DNA of 63,624 bases, filler included, from Sphacelaria rigidula (Eukaryota): NCBI GenBank assembly GCA_964200075.2. It is 8 parts of 8 records of this genome, joined end to end, with 100 filler letters (N's around TTAATTAATTAA, not from the genome) between each part and the next. Parts side by side here need not be neighbours in the genome. Positions count along the whole stretch, not along the records: positions 23,899 to 31,764 come from CAXNAA020013170.1; positions 31,865 to 39,729 come from CAXNAA020013171.1; 6 more parts are not named here. The stretch is one strand, 5' to 3'. Positions 25,058 to 38,200 of the stretch are shown here, piece by piece (within the stretch, counting starts at the first letter, position 1; every line of letters begins with the position of its first letter). A program made the translations under genes and the position numbers. The notes under the pieces are model-generated. The model did not search any database and was not told where the DNA came from. It saw only the letters and a list, made by a program, of their open reading frames with translations.

Positions 25058-28000
25058 GTGTGGGCGCCCCTTGACGTGAAGCGTGTGCTCATTAGACTCT
25101 CTAGTCGCGCCTCTGCGTTCCACTCGGCCACCGGTGACAGTGCCTTGAGGCCAGCGCTACCTTGCCGCCCTCCTTGCCTGAACAGGGTTTTTTTTTCCAT
25201 TGGGGAAAGCGCCGTTGTAGTCGAAATTCAACGCAGGCGGTTAAGTTTTGTCATCTGTCTTCGTTTGAAACCAACCTCCACTGTAGGAGTACTCGCATTC
25301 GCTGGCATCAAGTCGCAGACAGCGCATATAAATGATGGAGGTGAGAATCACAACAGAAGATGACGGGATACTGATCACAGCGGATGATGATGGGATGCGG
25401 ATCACAGACGGATGTCGGCCCTTTTTGACAACAATATTCTTGGGGACCTGTACTGAAGGAGCATCCATTCAACACGCGTACTAGCAGCGGTTCGTAGGGG
25501 CAAGGAGAAAGATGAGCAAGTGAAGCAGTGAACTACCACATTTCGCATTAAAAACCAAGGTAGCGTCAACACCCGTGACCGGTGCTTGTGGGGGGGGCGG
25601 GGGGAGGGGGGCGGGGGGAGGGGGCAAGAGCATTCGGTTTGCATCCGAGAAAGTCGTCAGCCACAAGCATTCACGTCGGAATGAAAATTAAACAATATGG
25701 GGTATGTCGAAGTGAACTGGTGCAAGTGACTGACCGCATTTTACGATAAATCATTGCTTCTCAGACAAATTACACCGATACCCGTATGCACGCACTGAAA
25801 CATGCATGTCAGTCGTCCGGAACAGAATCGAACACATGCTGATTTTCAGGTGTGCACAAAGCAAACTTCTTTGCCTATCCAGCACAAAAAGGCCTTGTCG
25901 TTCGACAAATCATGCCGCTGAAAACCACCACCCTCGCTTGAATGGACGCATTCGCCATGATGGTAGTCCACCCGAAGAGCAACTATTTTGACCGATGCTA
26001 ATGCCATCACGACTTCTTACTATAATATGTCGCTAACGCAAAAACAACAGAATCTTACACGCAGCGCAATGACACTCGCTCATACCAGGCTACCTACTAC
26101 TACACACACTAAAGGCTCAGGGGCGATACGAGAAGTTGAACTCGTTTGCGTTGAATAGATTCACCCCTCCTTCTCTTCCCTCCCCGAAAACTTAACGCCA
26201 GAAACTACGATTGTGCATCAAGCCCGACACAACAAAGTCAACACTGTTTTCGACTTCAAAATGCGATGTCCTTCCTCTAGCTCCCCCTCTGCCCCTTCAA
26301 GGCTGTCAATCGGTGATTTCAGTCCCGGCAGCTAGGGGGTGACGGTTTTGGTGATGCTGGGTATCGGAACAGGTTCGAGTACGAGGTTAACCCACAAAAA
26401 AGCAACCAGTTGAAAAACAACGCATACATATGCAAGCAGTAAAGCTCGTTAGACCTTGACTAGATCGCTGCGATTATGGGCGACGAAGGGCAAATGCCGT
26501 CTCGTGTTGCAAGTCTTCCTGCCGTCAGTAGACATCACTTCAACCGACGGAAAAGGCGGGAAAAAACATTTGCTACCATCTCGCCTCAAGTCGAAGTGCA
26601 CGACCCCGGTGCCATGCGTCGCCGCCAGCTGCTGAGAGAGCGCTGGCGGCGACGCCGCCGACCCGCCGCTTGCTCCTAGTGCTGCTGCTGCCGCCCCCGC
26701 ACCCCGCTCGGGCTCGCGCCACTCAGACTCGTGCAGTAAGGGAGGCATGGTCCCTTGACCGCACCCAGTCAGCGAGAATGCAGTTAGAGACGAGTGATCC
26801 GCCCTGTCGTGATGGCACACGGCAAGAACTTTGCTCCTGGAAGCGTTCGGGGATAGAGAGGGGGAGGGGGGGGGGGGGGCTGGCTTGTTTGATATCTAAG
26901 AGAATCTCAGAGCCACGTGAACTCATAACGTTCAGCGGGTTTTGGAGGGTTCAGTACATTTGTATGTACAGTGAAAGTGTGATGGGTAGGAACACTCTGA
27001 TTAGCGTATTTGACGTTTCCGCTGCTGCCTTCACAACACATGGTTGGACCCATTGATGGAGAACCTGGAGTACATACGTGTGGCTCACGAGCATCCTAAC
27101 GAGGAGCTCCTGAAGCAAGATCCGAGAATCTACTCGGTGACGTCACACTCCTGGAACGAGAGAAGTTGTAGAGCACGCAAATCGTTCAAAACATGAGAGT
27201 GGCATTCCGGGAGACGCCTGATGAGGAGTAACCTCCGGTGCGCAGCTTGCTGTTATTTATGTACGTACAGATTGATGTGTACCTCCGCAACCTCAGCACC
27301 CTGTCGGGGCATTGTACAACATGAGGGGAAAAAATCGCTTTTAGCATGTTGCAAAGTCTCCGCAGTTTTTGCACAAAAACAGTTGCCTGCATTAATTAGC
27401 GACCGCGGCCCCCGTCACTACACAAATCCAAAGGGGTACCGCAGTTCGAGGAGTGTTATCCGCCGTCACCTGGGGTCCCCCGAGTTCAGCGAGCGAGATT
27501 GCCGTTTGCGCCACGAGATACGTTTCTTCGCGGGCTACGTTTAGGTTTTCATCCCTCCTGTCCTGACACCTACGCATTAGGGCGTCAAGTTCTGCACATG
27601 GCTCTGCCTAAACGTACGGGTTAGCACCTTGAACACAGTTCTTCTTCTAGAGACAAGTATGGAGGAGTGCATACATCGAGAAAAAGAGAACCCGTGGAGG
27701 GGGCAGCGCGCAAAACGACGCACGTTCACGAAACGACGTCAGTGCCGAAAAACACACAGTTCGCTGCTGGTGGGATTCGTGCAGTATGAGCTTGGGCACA
27801 TCCTGTTCATACCTCGTCGAGAATGTGACACGTGAGGACGTGAGCACCAAGAGAAATCTCACGAGAGTCGACGCGACGCAGGAGCGCTGATCCAATCCAC
27901 GGTATTGAAATGTCAGGCATACCGAGGGGTAAATGGACTGACCCCGTAAGACTACGGACTCATCCCGAGGAAGGGGGGGGAGCGTACTCATCATCATGCA

Positions 28001-31000
28001 TGCCGCAGTCATATGACCATTGACCTCGCATCCCTACAAAGCCGGGACGGAGCACGCTGGGTTCTCGCCGGACCAGGCTGAGGGGTAAGGGGGAAGTGTT
28101 GACAAGATGACGAAAGTATGTTACACCGGCGCTTCGCACAAACACTGCAAAGATGAAATATACTCTACAGAACAGAAGAAACGCTGAGGCACATTGAGCC
28201 AATTTCACAAACGGAAGGTGATTATCCAATGTTGTTCCAACATTTCTACAGGAAAATACGGCTTAACGGTTAGAGACCGCGAGCTTCAGGTCGGCGAAGC
28301 TTGTACCGTTCTATTACTACAAGCAGGTGCGTGGGCGTTTCTATGGATTGCATGGCCGGACTAGCTCCTCCTTCTGTGACGCGGTCAAACGCATGCATTT
28401 AGGGCCGACATAAAACGAAGCGCGAATTGAAAAGGTTCGAAACCCGACAGTAAATGCCTACCGCAATTGAAAAGAGAGCCCCATCGGAAAGTGAAACATT
28501 GGCATTCACCTCACATCGGGACCTACGTCCCGCTGCTGTGCTACGATTCTCGAAACTAGAACCGGCACACATGAACACGGTGACTCAAAATTAAAATAGC
28601 AGGCTGCCGGCGTCGATACTCGGACATGGGCGGGACACAGGGTATAAACATCTCGAATATATATATATATATATATATATATCTCAACGCCGCAGTTGGA
28701 GGGGGACCGGTCGTGTTTGCTGAGGGGCGGGCGGGTTGGCAGCAAAGTACAGCAAGTTCTAATCACAACACAACAGAAGCAAATATGCGCGGGGCCCTTC
28801 CTGATGAAGTTTCTCACCTCTCCAAATCCCACACATTGACCAACCCGTCGAGCGCCACTCCCTGCGCCCCCCCTTCAAAGAACCCTAGCTGAGTTATCGC
28901 GCGTGATTGCTGCTTTGAGATGCTGTTGCTGTGAACCCTTCTAGTGCCATCCCCGCCGCCGCCGGCCGCATCTCGGCACCGGATGCCACCGACGCGCGCC
29001 ACGGGGTGATGCCTCAGAGACCAAACGCGAACCTCCCCCTCGCTGGAACCTGTCAGGAGGACGGATTCCGAGCGGGGCTCCACCGCCATGCTTGTCACGG
29101 CAGCCTTGTCGGTGTGGCCGAAGAAGGACGTCTGGGCGGTTCAAGAACAAGATAAAAATAAACAAGTGTGACAGTACAAGCACAAGAGTTGCGGTGGTCT
29201 GGTGTTGGGATTTCGACGCCCACGTTCCACAACAAGAGCAACGAAAATCTCACGACAAAGGAGGACGACTCGTCAAAACCGAGCGAGCCCCCCCCCCCCC
29301 CCATCTATTTTGTCTTCCTCGCACCGTTACATGTTGTGCGGCCATGTGGTATTCATCCATAGTAGATACGGGCTTTTAGCGACAAACAACCAAACAATTC
29401 TGGGAGATCGCTCAACAGAGCAAGGCAGGAGGGCCCACCCACGAATGGATCTACCGAACCAGTCACGCGCGCACCCACCCTCACCTGCAACACCATTCTC
29501 AGAGGAAACAATGTTCCTACCGCGTGTCGATCGAACTGTTGCCCGAAGCCCCGTTGCACCCAATGCCGCTCTCGTGCATCATTGTCATCGCTCTCGGCTG
29601 GTCCCCATGCTCTGGTGCCCGCAAGCCACGCTCTGTCCCTCAGGCGATCCGTCACTTCGACCCCGACCCCTCGGCAAGTTGCGGGTAAGCGTGCGGTGGA
29701 TAGAGACAATCGGGGGCGTAGGGGCGGCGGAGGCGGCCGCAGTCGTGGAGGTGATCGCGGGGCGGCTGCTTTGGGCAGCACCATTGTTTCTGCTTGTTCT
29801 GTCGGCGACTGTGGCACAACTCCACGATATGGAGATGTCAGGAGCGGAGAGGACGGGGGGGAATGTGAAATGGATGTGGTTATTGAGGTTTTGGCTGCGC
29901 CTGCAGCGCCAACCGATATTTCCAAAACACCGCCAGCTTGGCTGCTGCCACCGCCACCTCTGCCGTGACGACTCGTCGTTGTCGTAGTCGTTGTCGTAGT
30001 CGTAGTCGTTGTCGTAGCCGTCGTATAAAAGATTGGCTCAGTGGCCAGCGAAGGAGGTAGGGGCTGCGATAATCCCCACCCACCCCCTGCACGGTCGCGT
30101 TCGATGACAGGAGGAGGACTCGGAGATCGCGGAGCTTTGGAACCGATGGCGCCCAGCAAAGAAGGCCATTCGAGGGTAGTGACGGCCGCCTCTGAGTCGT
30201 GCACCGGGAGGGTCTCATCACGGTCGCGCATTTTTCGTGCCTTCACCGCCGCCTTCGCCGCCGACGACGACGGCAGGTCGCTATCTTGTTTACCTTTGCC
30301 CACACCGCTGCCACTTCGGCGGCCCCGTTCTCCCTCAGGACACTCCCTGCTAGCCGGTCTGGGTGATACAAGGGGTACTGTGGATACCGGTGGGGGCAGC
30401 ACAGGGTCAAGAGGAGCTGGCACCTGTGCTCCCCCCCACGCAGGGATCCTAGGTGGACTATTTCTCCTTGAAGAGGTCGGTTCAAGACTGGCGTATCCTG
30501 CTCCTATCGCCCCTATTGCCCTTCTGCCACCAAACGGGTGGAAATCACCGCCTGCTGCTGTTGCAGGGTTGCTTCCCCTCAATTCAGGGGGCGAGTTTGG
30601 GATCGCGGCGTCTCGCAATGACACGTGTGCAAACATGCCACGACTGCCGCCGCCAAGGCCGCCGCCCCCAACTGTGGGGCCGCCATCGTAGTCACTATTT
30701 GCGAGATAGGTTGACGTTGTCGCCCCCGGCGACGAAGGTGTTTCCTTCGCTGTCAACTTCTTCAGGGCTTGCTGAAGCCGGCCGAAAAGAGGGGTGGAAG
30801 TGATGGTTGTCGTGGTTGAGGGCGGGAGGTGGTCGCCACTACCTACCCCGTACTCACAGTCATCGCCCCCTCCGAGTAAACCAGGAGAATTCCTACTTCT
30901 TACTACCGCCTTGCGGAATCCAACGTTCCTCTCCTTCGGTTGCCACTGTCTTAGCAACATTCCGGGCGGCCGATGTGCGAAATTCTCTTCACCTGCTGCT

Positions 31001-31546
31001 ACCTGCGGCGATTCGGCACGAACGCTTCTTGTGCTTCGGCATCCAGATTGTTCACCATCGCCGTCGTCGATAGTGCTGATTTCCCGCTTTTTTCTGTCTG
31101 CCGTCGAAAGGTGTTGATTGCCGTCCTGCGTCGTGGGAGACATCATCAAATGCGGGGAACGTAAATGCTCGCCACCATCGCCCTGTAGAACCACGCCCTC
31201 ACCAGTGGTGAAGTCGCTACGGCGCTCTCCAACGCTCTTCGACTCACAACTAGTAGCCGTAGTGACGCTGTCGACGGTTGCTGTTTTCGGCAGAGATCCT
31301 GCTTCTTCCGCGGAATGAAGCAACCTCATCGACGGGGTAGAGAAAAACGTTCTGCGGCCGCTGCCTCCGCCACCACCACCGCCGTCGTCTTCGTCGTCTT
31401 CGTCGTCGGTGCCAACGGACGAGGTGGTGTCTTGTGCGGTAGGAGACTGGCGGGACCAACATGGACGATTCGTCATTATGTCTCTATTCAACCAATTTAC
31501 CATGCGTTGGGCGGCGGAGGGAACCCGCTCGCGCACTGCCTCCAAC
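25058..31546 (-). CDS. WD40-repeat protein, partial (possibly the C-terminal region of a WDR81/BEACH-type protein); exons 31546-29485, 29131-28818, 26836-26585, 25177-25058
   Basis: A 2,062-bp low-complexity exon, then phase-consistent exons: TSFFGHTDKAAVTSMAVEPRSESVLLTGSSEGEVRVWSLR...AITQLGFF...VNVWDLER / SKVLAV...VVHFDLR / ...PVAEW. Shows GH...W(S/D) WD40 repeats. AG acceptors and GT donors except one GC donor. The WDR81 assignment is tentative. Confidence 0.82.
27070..27840 (+). mobile_element. Possible very decayed Copia-type remnant in intron
   Basis: VAHEHPNEELLKQ resembles the gag-pre-integrase HxxxxH motif. Downstream similarity is faint. Confidence 0.3.
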
Positions 31547-33140
31547 CTATTTCATTAGGCGGAGGCGGAGGCGGAGGCGCGGGCGAGGGTGGGGGGCGTT
31601 CAGGAGAGAGGTAGTTTTGCCCCGATTTTCAGAATTGGGGAGGACACTCACTTCAGATTGATGATCAGGTGATAAAGGCACAACTGCGCCAACTCGGGGT
31701 GCGCTAAGGTCAAGGGGTAGGGGGGGGGTGTACTCATGATCATGCATGCCATAGTCATCAGACCNNNNNNNNNNNNNNNNNNNNNNNNNNNNNNNNNNNN
31801 NNNNNNNNTTAATTAATTAANNNNNNNNNNNNNNNNNNNNNNNNNNNNNNNNNNNNNNNNNNNNTGCCCTTCCCATCTGTTTTTTCCCCCCCTAACCCAA
31901 ACCCCTGAGCCTACCTGAAAATTAAACACAACGAGGGACAGCCCCCCCCCCCCCCCCGCCCCCATCAACGCCCCCCCCCTCCATCGCGAGGTCAACGGTG
32001 AGTTGACTGTGGCATGCATGATCATGAGTACACCCCCCCCCCCCCACCGCATCCCTCTCCTTCCGCTGCCGAGCTTCATCAACAACACAAATTAGGCAAG
32101 CCATCTTACGCGTATACCGATGGGCAACGGGCGTTCCTTTGTTCCCACCTCTTTCATCTCACCCTACCCGCACGACATCAACTTTTTAAGGAAAGGCTTA
32201 AAATCAAAACTCATCCAGACAAGCATGCACAAACATCACATAAGTGTACCATCATATATATATATGAATACAGTATGAAGATGTACATCGTGCGGTACGA
32301 AATATCGCACAATGATAATCGTGTTACTGTATGTGTTGATCCCACAACTGAGCGACGAGGGAAGAAAAGGAGAAGGGGGGAAGGGGGGGTAGGGGGATAA
32401 CCCGCCAAAAAAAAACAATGAACACATATTAAACAACACGCGCGAGAACTGAAGAGCAAGTCTCCTTCCCCCTTATCAGCCGCCAAAAAAGCGTGCGTGA
32501 GGCGGGCAAAAACAACCAAGAGAAAAATGTCCAGGAAGTATACCCTCCTTCAACCCTACGTACAGGCAAGTACCTGAAACTCAGCTGTCGTCTACACGAT
32601 AAAGACAACCAGCACCAGAAGAAAAAAAATGTACAAGACATTGCATTATAGAGTACAGTATAGGATGCATGCAATGCATGTTCATCAAATTCACAAAACA
32701 TCGCGAACCTGGCGCATTAAGAACTGTGACTGCCCGGCACTGTTTCTTCTTTTTCGCTTGCTGCACACGTACAACACTTCAGACGCGCTCAGAACACGCG
32801 TCGTTTTTACTAGTAATATTTTGCTCTTCTTAGATGTACATGCGGTCCGGTACAGGTGTCCTCCCCTACATCATCACCCCGCTCTCTTCTCGTGCATGTA
32901 TGCTTACACATTGGCTAGAAAAGCTCTCGTGCCTACCATTCCTAAACAACTTTTCGGATACAGATTGCATTATACGCTTCCTGCACACGCACGAAAAACA
33001 GACGCGAGACAGGGAAACACAAAAAGAAAGAAAACATGAAGGCGGCCTGGTCCTGGTGAAATATAACGAACTCCACGAGGATCGGCATCCCATGTTGTCA
33101 AGTCCGATAAAAAAAGCGTCGCACCAAAGAAATACCGCGA

Positions 33141-33142
<2 letters not shown>

Positions 33143-33195
<53 letters not shown>

Positions 33196-33203
33196 ACACA
33201 CGC
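33143..33203. repeat. (CA)n microsatellite
   Basis: Seen directly. Confidence 0.95.
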
Positions 33204-35235
33204 ACAACGCAACATAACACAACACACCGAACAGTGACAGCCACAGCGTGGGCGCGGCATATGTGATTGGGTTAAGGTCGCGGCAGAGTCCACGCCGACT
33301 CAACAACCAGGACTGTACAAACTAGGGTGGTTGCATGATTGAAAAGATCTAATGTATCGGAACACCTTCCGAAACAAAATACAAAAAGAAGACATCTCGA
33401 GTAATGCCACGGTAGGGGTGCACTTCAAGTCCAAAAGCTTTATGAGGTTGCACACTGAAGGCTCAGATATTTGTTATCGAGAGGCTCCTACAGCAAAGAG
33501 CCTCGAAAAAACAGAAAGTGGACCCTATCATGCCATTACTCTCTCGTAAATAATAACGCACGCGACCCGCCCGATGAGAGGTGTGATCCTTCCTTATTTA
33601 CTCAACTACGAAAAAAACAGGCAGACTAGAAGAAGGGGAGAGGAAAGGGGGAGGGGGGGGGTACTCATGATCTTACGTGCCACTGTCATACGACCATTGA
33701 CCTATCATCCCTACAAAGCCAGAGCGGAGCTCGCGGGGTTTTCGCTGGACAAAGCTCGCAAGCACCGGGGTGGAGGGGGGGGGGGCAGGAAATCCACGAC
33801 CAAAGCATCGATCCCCGTGCTATATCTCCCTCGTGCGAGCAGACTTATTCGAGTACGTTTGACTTCACAGATAGTAGGAGAAACTACACACACACTCACA
33901 CATACAAAAAAGTAAGTGTCGTGATGAGTTACGACGTGTGATGGATATCACCATTAAATCATTTGCACCTGACCTTACACTATAACGGTACGGATTGTGG
34001 ATTATGACCGAGGAGAAGCACAAGAAAAAAAAACAAGAAAACAACGAGACAACGTCAACCGCATACGATACGAGCTCCATCCGGGGGGCAGGAATGTGCA
34101 TACATCAGACTTCGTGGGTGGGTGGGGGTACAACCCTCCCTACTGCGGCAAAACGTGTAGAGGACAAGCAAACCCTGTCGCCGCAGTCGATAAGACACCC
34201 AGTTACCAACTGTACAAATGAAAGAAACAGTACACAAGGGACACGAAGAGTACACTGTTGTACATGGCTACCGCGTTTGACGAGGAGAGGCAAGCAACAA
34301 CAAAAAAAACGCTGGAAAAAAAAAGGGGGTGGAAATACATACACACTCACGAACGCACACACAAACACATACACAAGAGTCTTCCCTGTAAGTTGATGAA
34401 AGAAAGACGATTATTCCGAGGCACAGCCTTGCCCCTCGCCTACCCATCCCAACCTGACATTTTCCTCCCCCCAGCTTTGGCTTCGAGATAGGGTGCATCC
34501 GTATGTTTCAAGACCCTGACCTAACCGCCAACCGTGACCCACTTTCAACGACATGGACCACTATGACGAGACCAAATCACGGCAGAGCTTACGAACGCGC
34601 GAAAAAAAGGTTGAAACCCGCAGAAGGCCGATTGTACATTAGCTGTGGCTCATCACCCCCCACACACATTCCCCCCCCGTTTTCCCCTCGTATGTTCTCA
34701 TCTTTTCCCCTCCTCCGTCTTAGCCACGCCGTTGGGCCGGAGGAAAATAACCCTAACGCTCACCAGAAGCAGCAGCCAACACAATAGTGAAGTGGACAAA
34801 AAGCAGAGAAAGCAATGCAATTGTCATGCACAACGCATCGAAACACCGACCGTCGCGCGGATACAACCCCTCGAGCATGGGCGCTGGGCTGGACACATGG
34901 TTGACTCAAACACCGAAGGACTGACCCCCCTTCCACCGGTCGCCCGGCGTGTCATTACTCCCCGATCCAACCCCGCATTGAGACCTTACCCCTGCACCAA
35001 GCAGCCAGTTCAACGCGACGGGGGAGCCAACTTTCTCGGAAAACAAGATCGATCGTCCCCGAAACGAAGTTGCTTTTCACAACGAGAAGAAAAAATAAAA
35101 AAAGCTTAATTTCGCAGTATCTGTGTAACAAGTCATTTGTTCATTTGCTTCTGTAATTCAAAAGCGTTACCGATCGCCATCCTTCCCTGTCGCCCACCGC
35201 GAGCACCCCCGCCCATCTAAACCGATCATTCCTCA

Positions 35236-38200
35236 TCATGCGTTGCTGCTTCCTCCATCCGCTGATGCTCTTGAAGACCTATCCGCACGTGCCACTAGCC
35301 CAGCGGGAGAACGCACGCGCGGCGGCTCCTTCATTCCGGACCTTCGCGGCTGTTGCCTGTCGCCTTTGCTATTTTGCGGTCGCTGCTGCTGCTGCAACAT
35401 CAACTTTTGTTGCCGCTTCTGCTGCGTAATCGGCGACTCCGGCGCAATAACAGGCTCCAAGGTCGGCAAAGGCGCGAGAGGCGGGTGAACAACTCCGGTG
35501 GTGCCGCCAAGCGTTTCTCCATATGGCGGCGGTGGTGGCTTTTTCTGGCCACCACCACCCCCGGCGTGCAGCGGGTGCTCTTCCTCTTCCCCCTCCCATG
35601 ATACGTCCTCCGATTCGTCCCCACTGAATTCACCCTGGTCGTACCCGCTGGCCGCGCCGCTGGGGCCGTACAACGTGTGTCCTCCCGCGGTGAAATGACT
35701 GTACATGCTGTAGCCACCGGGAGAGGACGCCGGCATGCTCGCGTCATCGTAGTACATGTGGTCGGGGACGTTGTCCGGGTTCAGGCTGTACATCGAGCCC
35801 GCCGCGCTGTCCATGTAGTTCCCGGGGAGCGGCGCACCTCCACCGCCGCCACGGGCCCCCGCGGGTTGGCGGAACGAGTCACCAGTCGATAACCTTCGCC
35901 CGCTGACGTCTCTCCCGCTGCGCTCTGCGGGCACATAGTTTTGTCCGGCCGACCAGACAACGCCGTCGCCGTGCGGGTCCCCAGCGTTTCGCGGGATCAC
36001 CGCGTTCCCCTCCTCCGTGAACCCCACTCCCCCGCCCTGCTGCTGCTGGGTGTCTCCGCCCGATGTGCTGCTCCCGGTATAGTTTGTAGATCGAGCGGCC
36101 GCTGCGGCCGCCGCTACCATGGAGTCCTTGGGCATGGTCCCCGAGCTGGCCGACGCCGTGTGGGTCGCCTGCGTTGCCCCCCCTTTGTTGAGGTCAGGAT
36201 CGTACACGTGCACCTCTTGCGCCGCCATGATGTTTCGGATTTGCATCGGGGCGGCGTGTGCGCCCGTAACGCTGGCGCGAGCAGGCGCTTGTACGGATCC
36301 CAGGCCCAGAGGGGGTCCGTTGATCTTGTCGTTGTGACCGTTGTGACCGAGCCGCGCACCCATGCCGTTCTGCGCGTGGCCGGTGCCACCGGTGGGCTCG
36401 CCGGGACGGCCGCCGCCGCTCATCACGACGGGTTTCTGAGATACATCGTGCTCCGAATCGTCTGCGAACGAGTGGTTTCCCTTGGGATTATTCTTGTTCT
36501 TCTTGGAACGCCAACGGCAGCAGCCGCACACGATACACAACAATATCGCGGCGCCCACCGCAATGGCGACGATGGCCGGCGTGGTTAAAGCGCTGCCGTC
36601 GCCGCTCTCCGTTGTCGCGGCGGTTTCCAGGCTGGTGCTATCTCCGTCCGTAGCAGTGGTGGTGCACGCGACCGAAAGGTCTTCGGCCACCTCGGAGCAG
36701 TCCTCGCAACTGACGAGCATCCACGTGCTGTTTTGTTTCGTTTTAGTTTGGAGGATCGCGTCAGGGATTAGCGGAACGTGTGTGTTGTGAGAGAAAAAAA
36801 AAAATGCAGCCGGGGGTGAGGCTCATCGACGAAACGTCGGGGGGGAGAAGCAGCAAATTGGACATTACTTGCGCCAGAGACTTCAACGATTGGACAGAGG
36901 CGTGACTCGAGGGACACAGACGGCCTACGAGTACAGCATCTGCCGTGTGCGTCACGAAATGATGTTGTACATGGGTTGGTCGTGTGTTCTCAATGCTGGG
37001 CTCTCAACATGTGCCACGAAAATTGACTCCCGCCCTCTTAGACCGGTGCTGATAACCGACAACAATAAAAAAATCTGGAAAAGTGCCTTTTTGGAGAGTC
37101 CGCGTCATTTTACGCCTGAGAAGAGAGCAAGGCGGGGTTTGACACCTTGAAATGACTGGCTCCAACAGTTGAAGCGGTTCCAGGACATCTCCCCGTTTCC
37201 CGGCGGCCGCAGTTTTTATTTCGGTCAAACAAGAATTTTGTCCAAGAACGGTCAAACCTAGAGAAAAATGGCGATTTTTTCTAGATTTGAAAAATCTTTG
37301 CCGTTTTTGAACAAAAATTCTTGTTTGGCCAAAAAGAAAACTGCGGCCACCGGAGAACGGGAAGATGTCCTGTAACCGCCGCAACGAGAAGAGCAAGTCA
37401 TTCCAAGGTGTCAAACCCCGTCAAGCTCTCTTTTCGGGCGTAAAACGACGGAGAAGCTCCGAAAAAGCACTCCTTCATACGTATGTATATATATATATGT
37501 CCGTTACAAGCAGCGGCCTTAGCATGCGATACTTTCTTTTCCTTCACCACGTCGAAAAAAGTAAGATACACCGCATTATAATGATGAATTACCGGACGAC
37601 CTGAAGTTAACCACCAATCTCAGGCACAGGTGGAAAAAAAAAAGAAGCACACACACGGGGGAAAAAACGAGCATCTTTTCTCGAAAATTTCGATGAATTT
37701 TTTTATAGTCAACTGTCGCGAAATCAATCGTAACCGATAACCCATCCGAAACGAACAACGAACACCCACAAGCGCAGCAGTATATCACCAGTCATCACCG
37801 TCAACAACAAGCACACGTCGGCAGTATCACAAACGGCGGGGTACAACTATCAACGCCAGCACTACACCAAGAGCAAATAAGCAACAAGAGGAACCAATCA
37901 ACTGCCGATTGCATCCTCCATTTCCACCCCGCCCTTCTCTCTCATAGTGCGTTGGGCACGTTCCTCACCTGGTAATGTCCGCAGGGCTGTCCGCGCAGTC
38001 GAATGCCGCATCTGAACGTTTACATCGTCCACGCAACAAGACAAGACAAAACGATTAGACAAGGAGGGGAAGGGTGGGGGGTGTTCATGATTGTGCATGC
38101 TGTAGTCATATGACCATTGACCTCGCATCCCTACAATGCCGGGATGGAGCACGCCGGGTTTTCGCCGGAACAAGCTCGCAATTCCAGTCACCAAGCGCGA

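Noticed and set aside
29202..31614. Plus-strand ORFs of 99-261 aa (similar ones at 35941-36588, 50221-50814, 54497-55159)
   Set aside because: Antisense shadows of GC-rich real exons on the minus strand.
36865..36941. Extra exon of the membrane-protein gene
   Set aside because: It has AG/GT-like ends, but the flanking exons already join in phase with a coherent peptide and this candidate does not fit the required phase.
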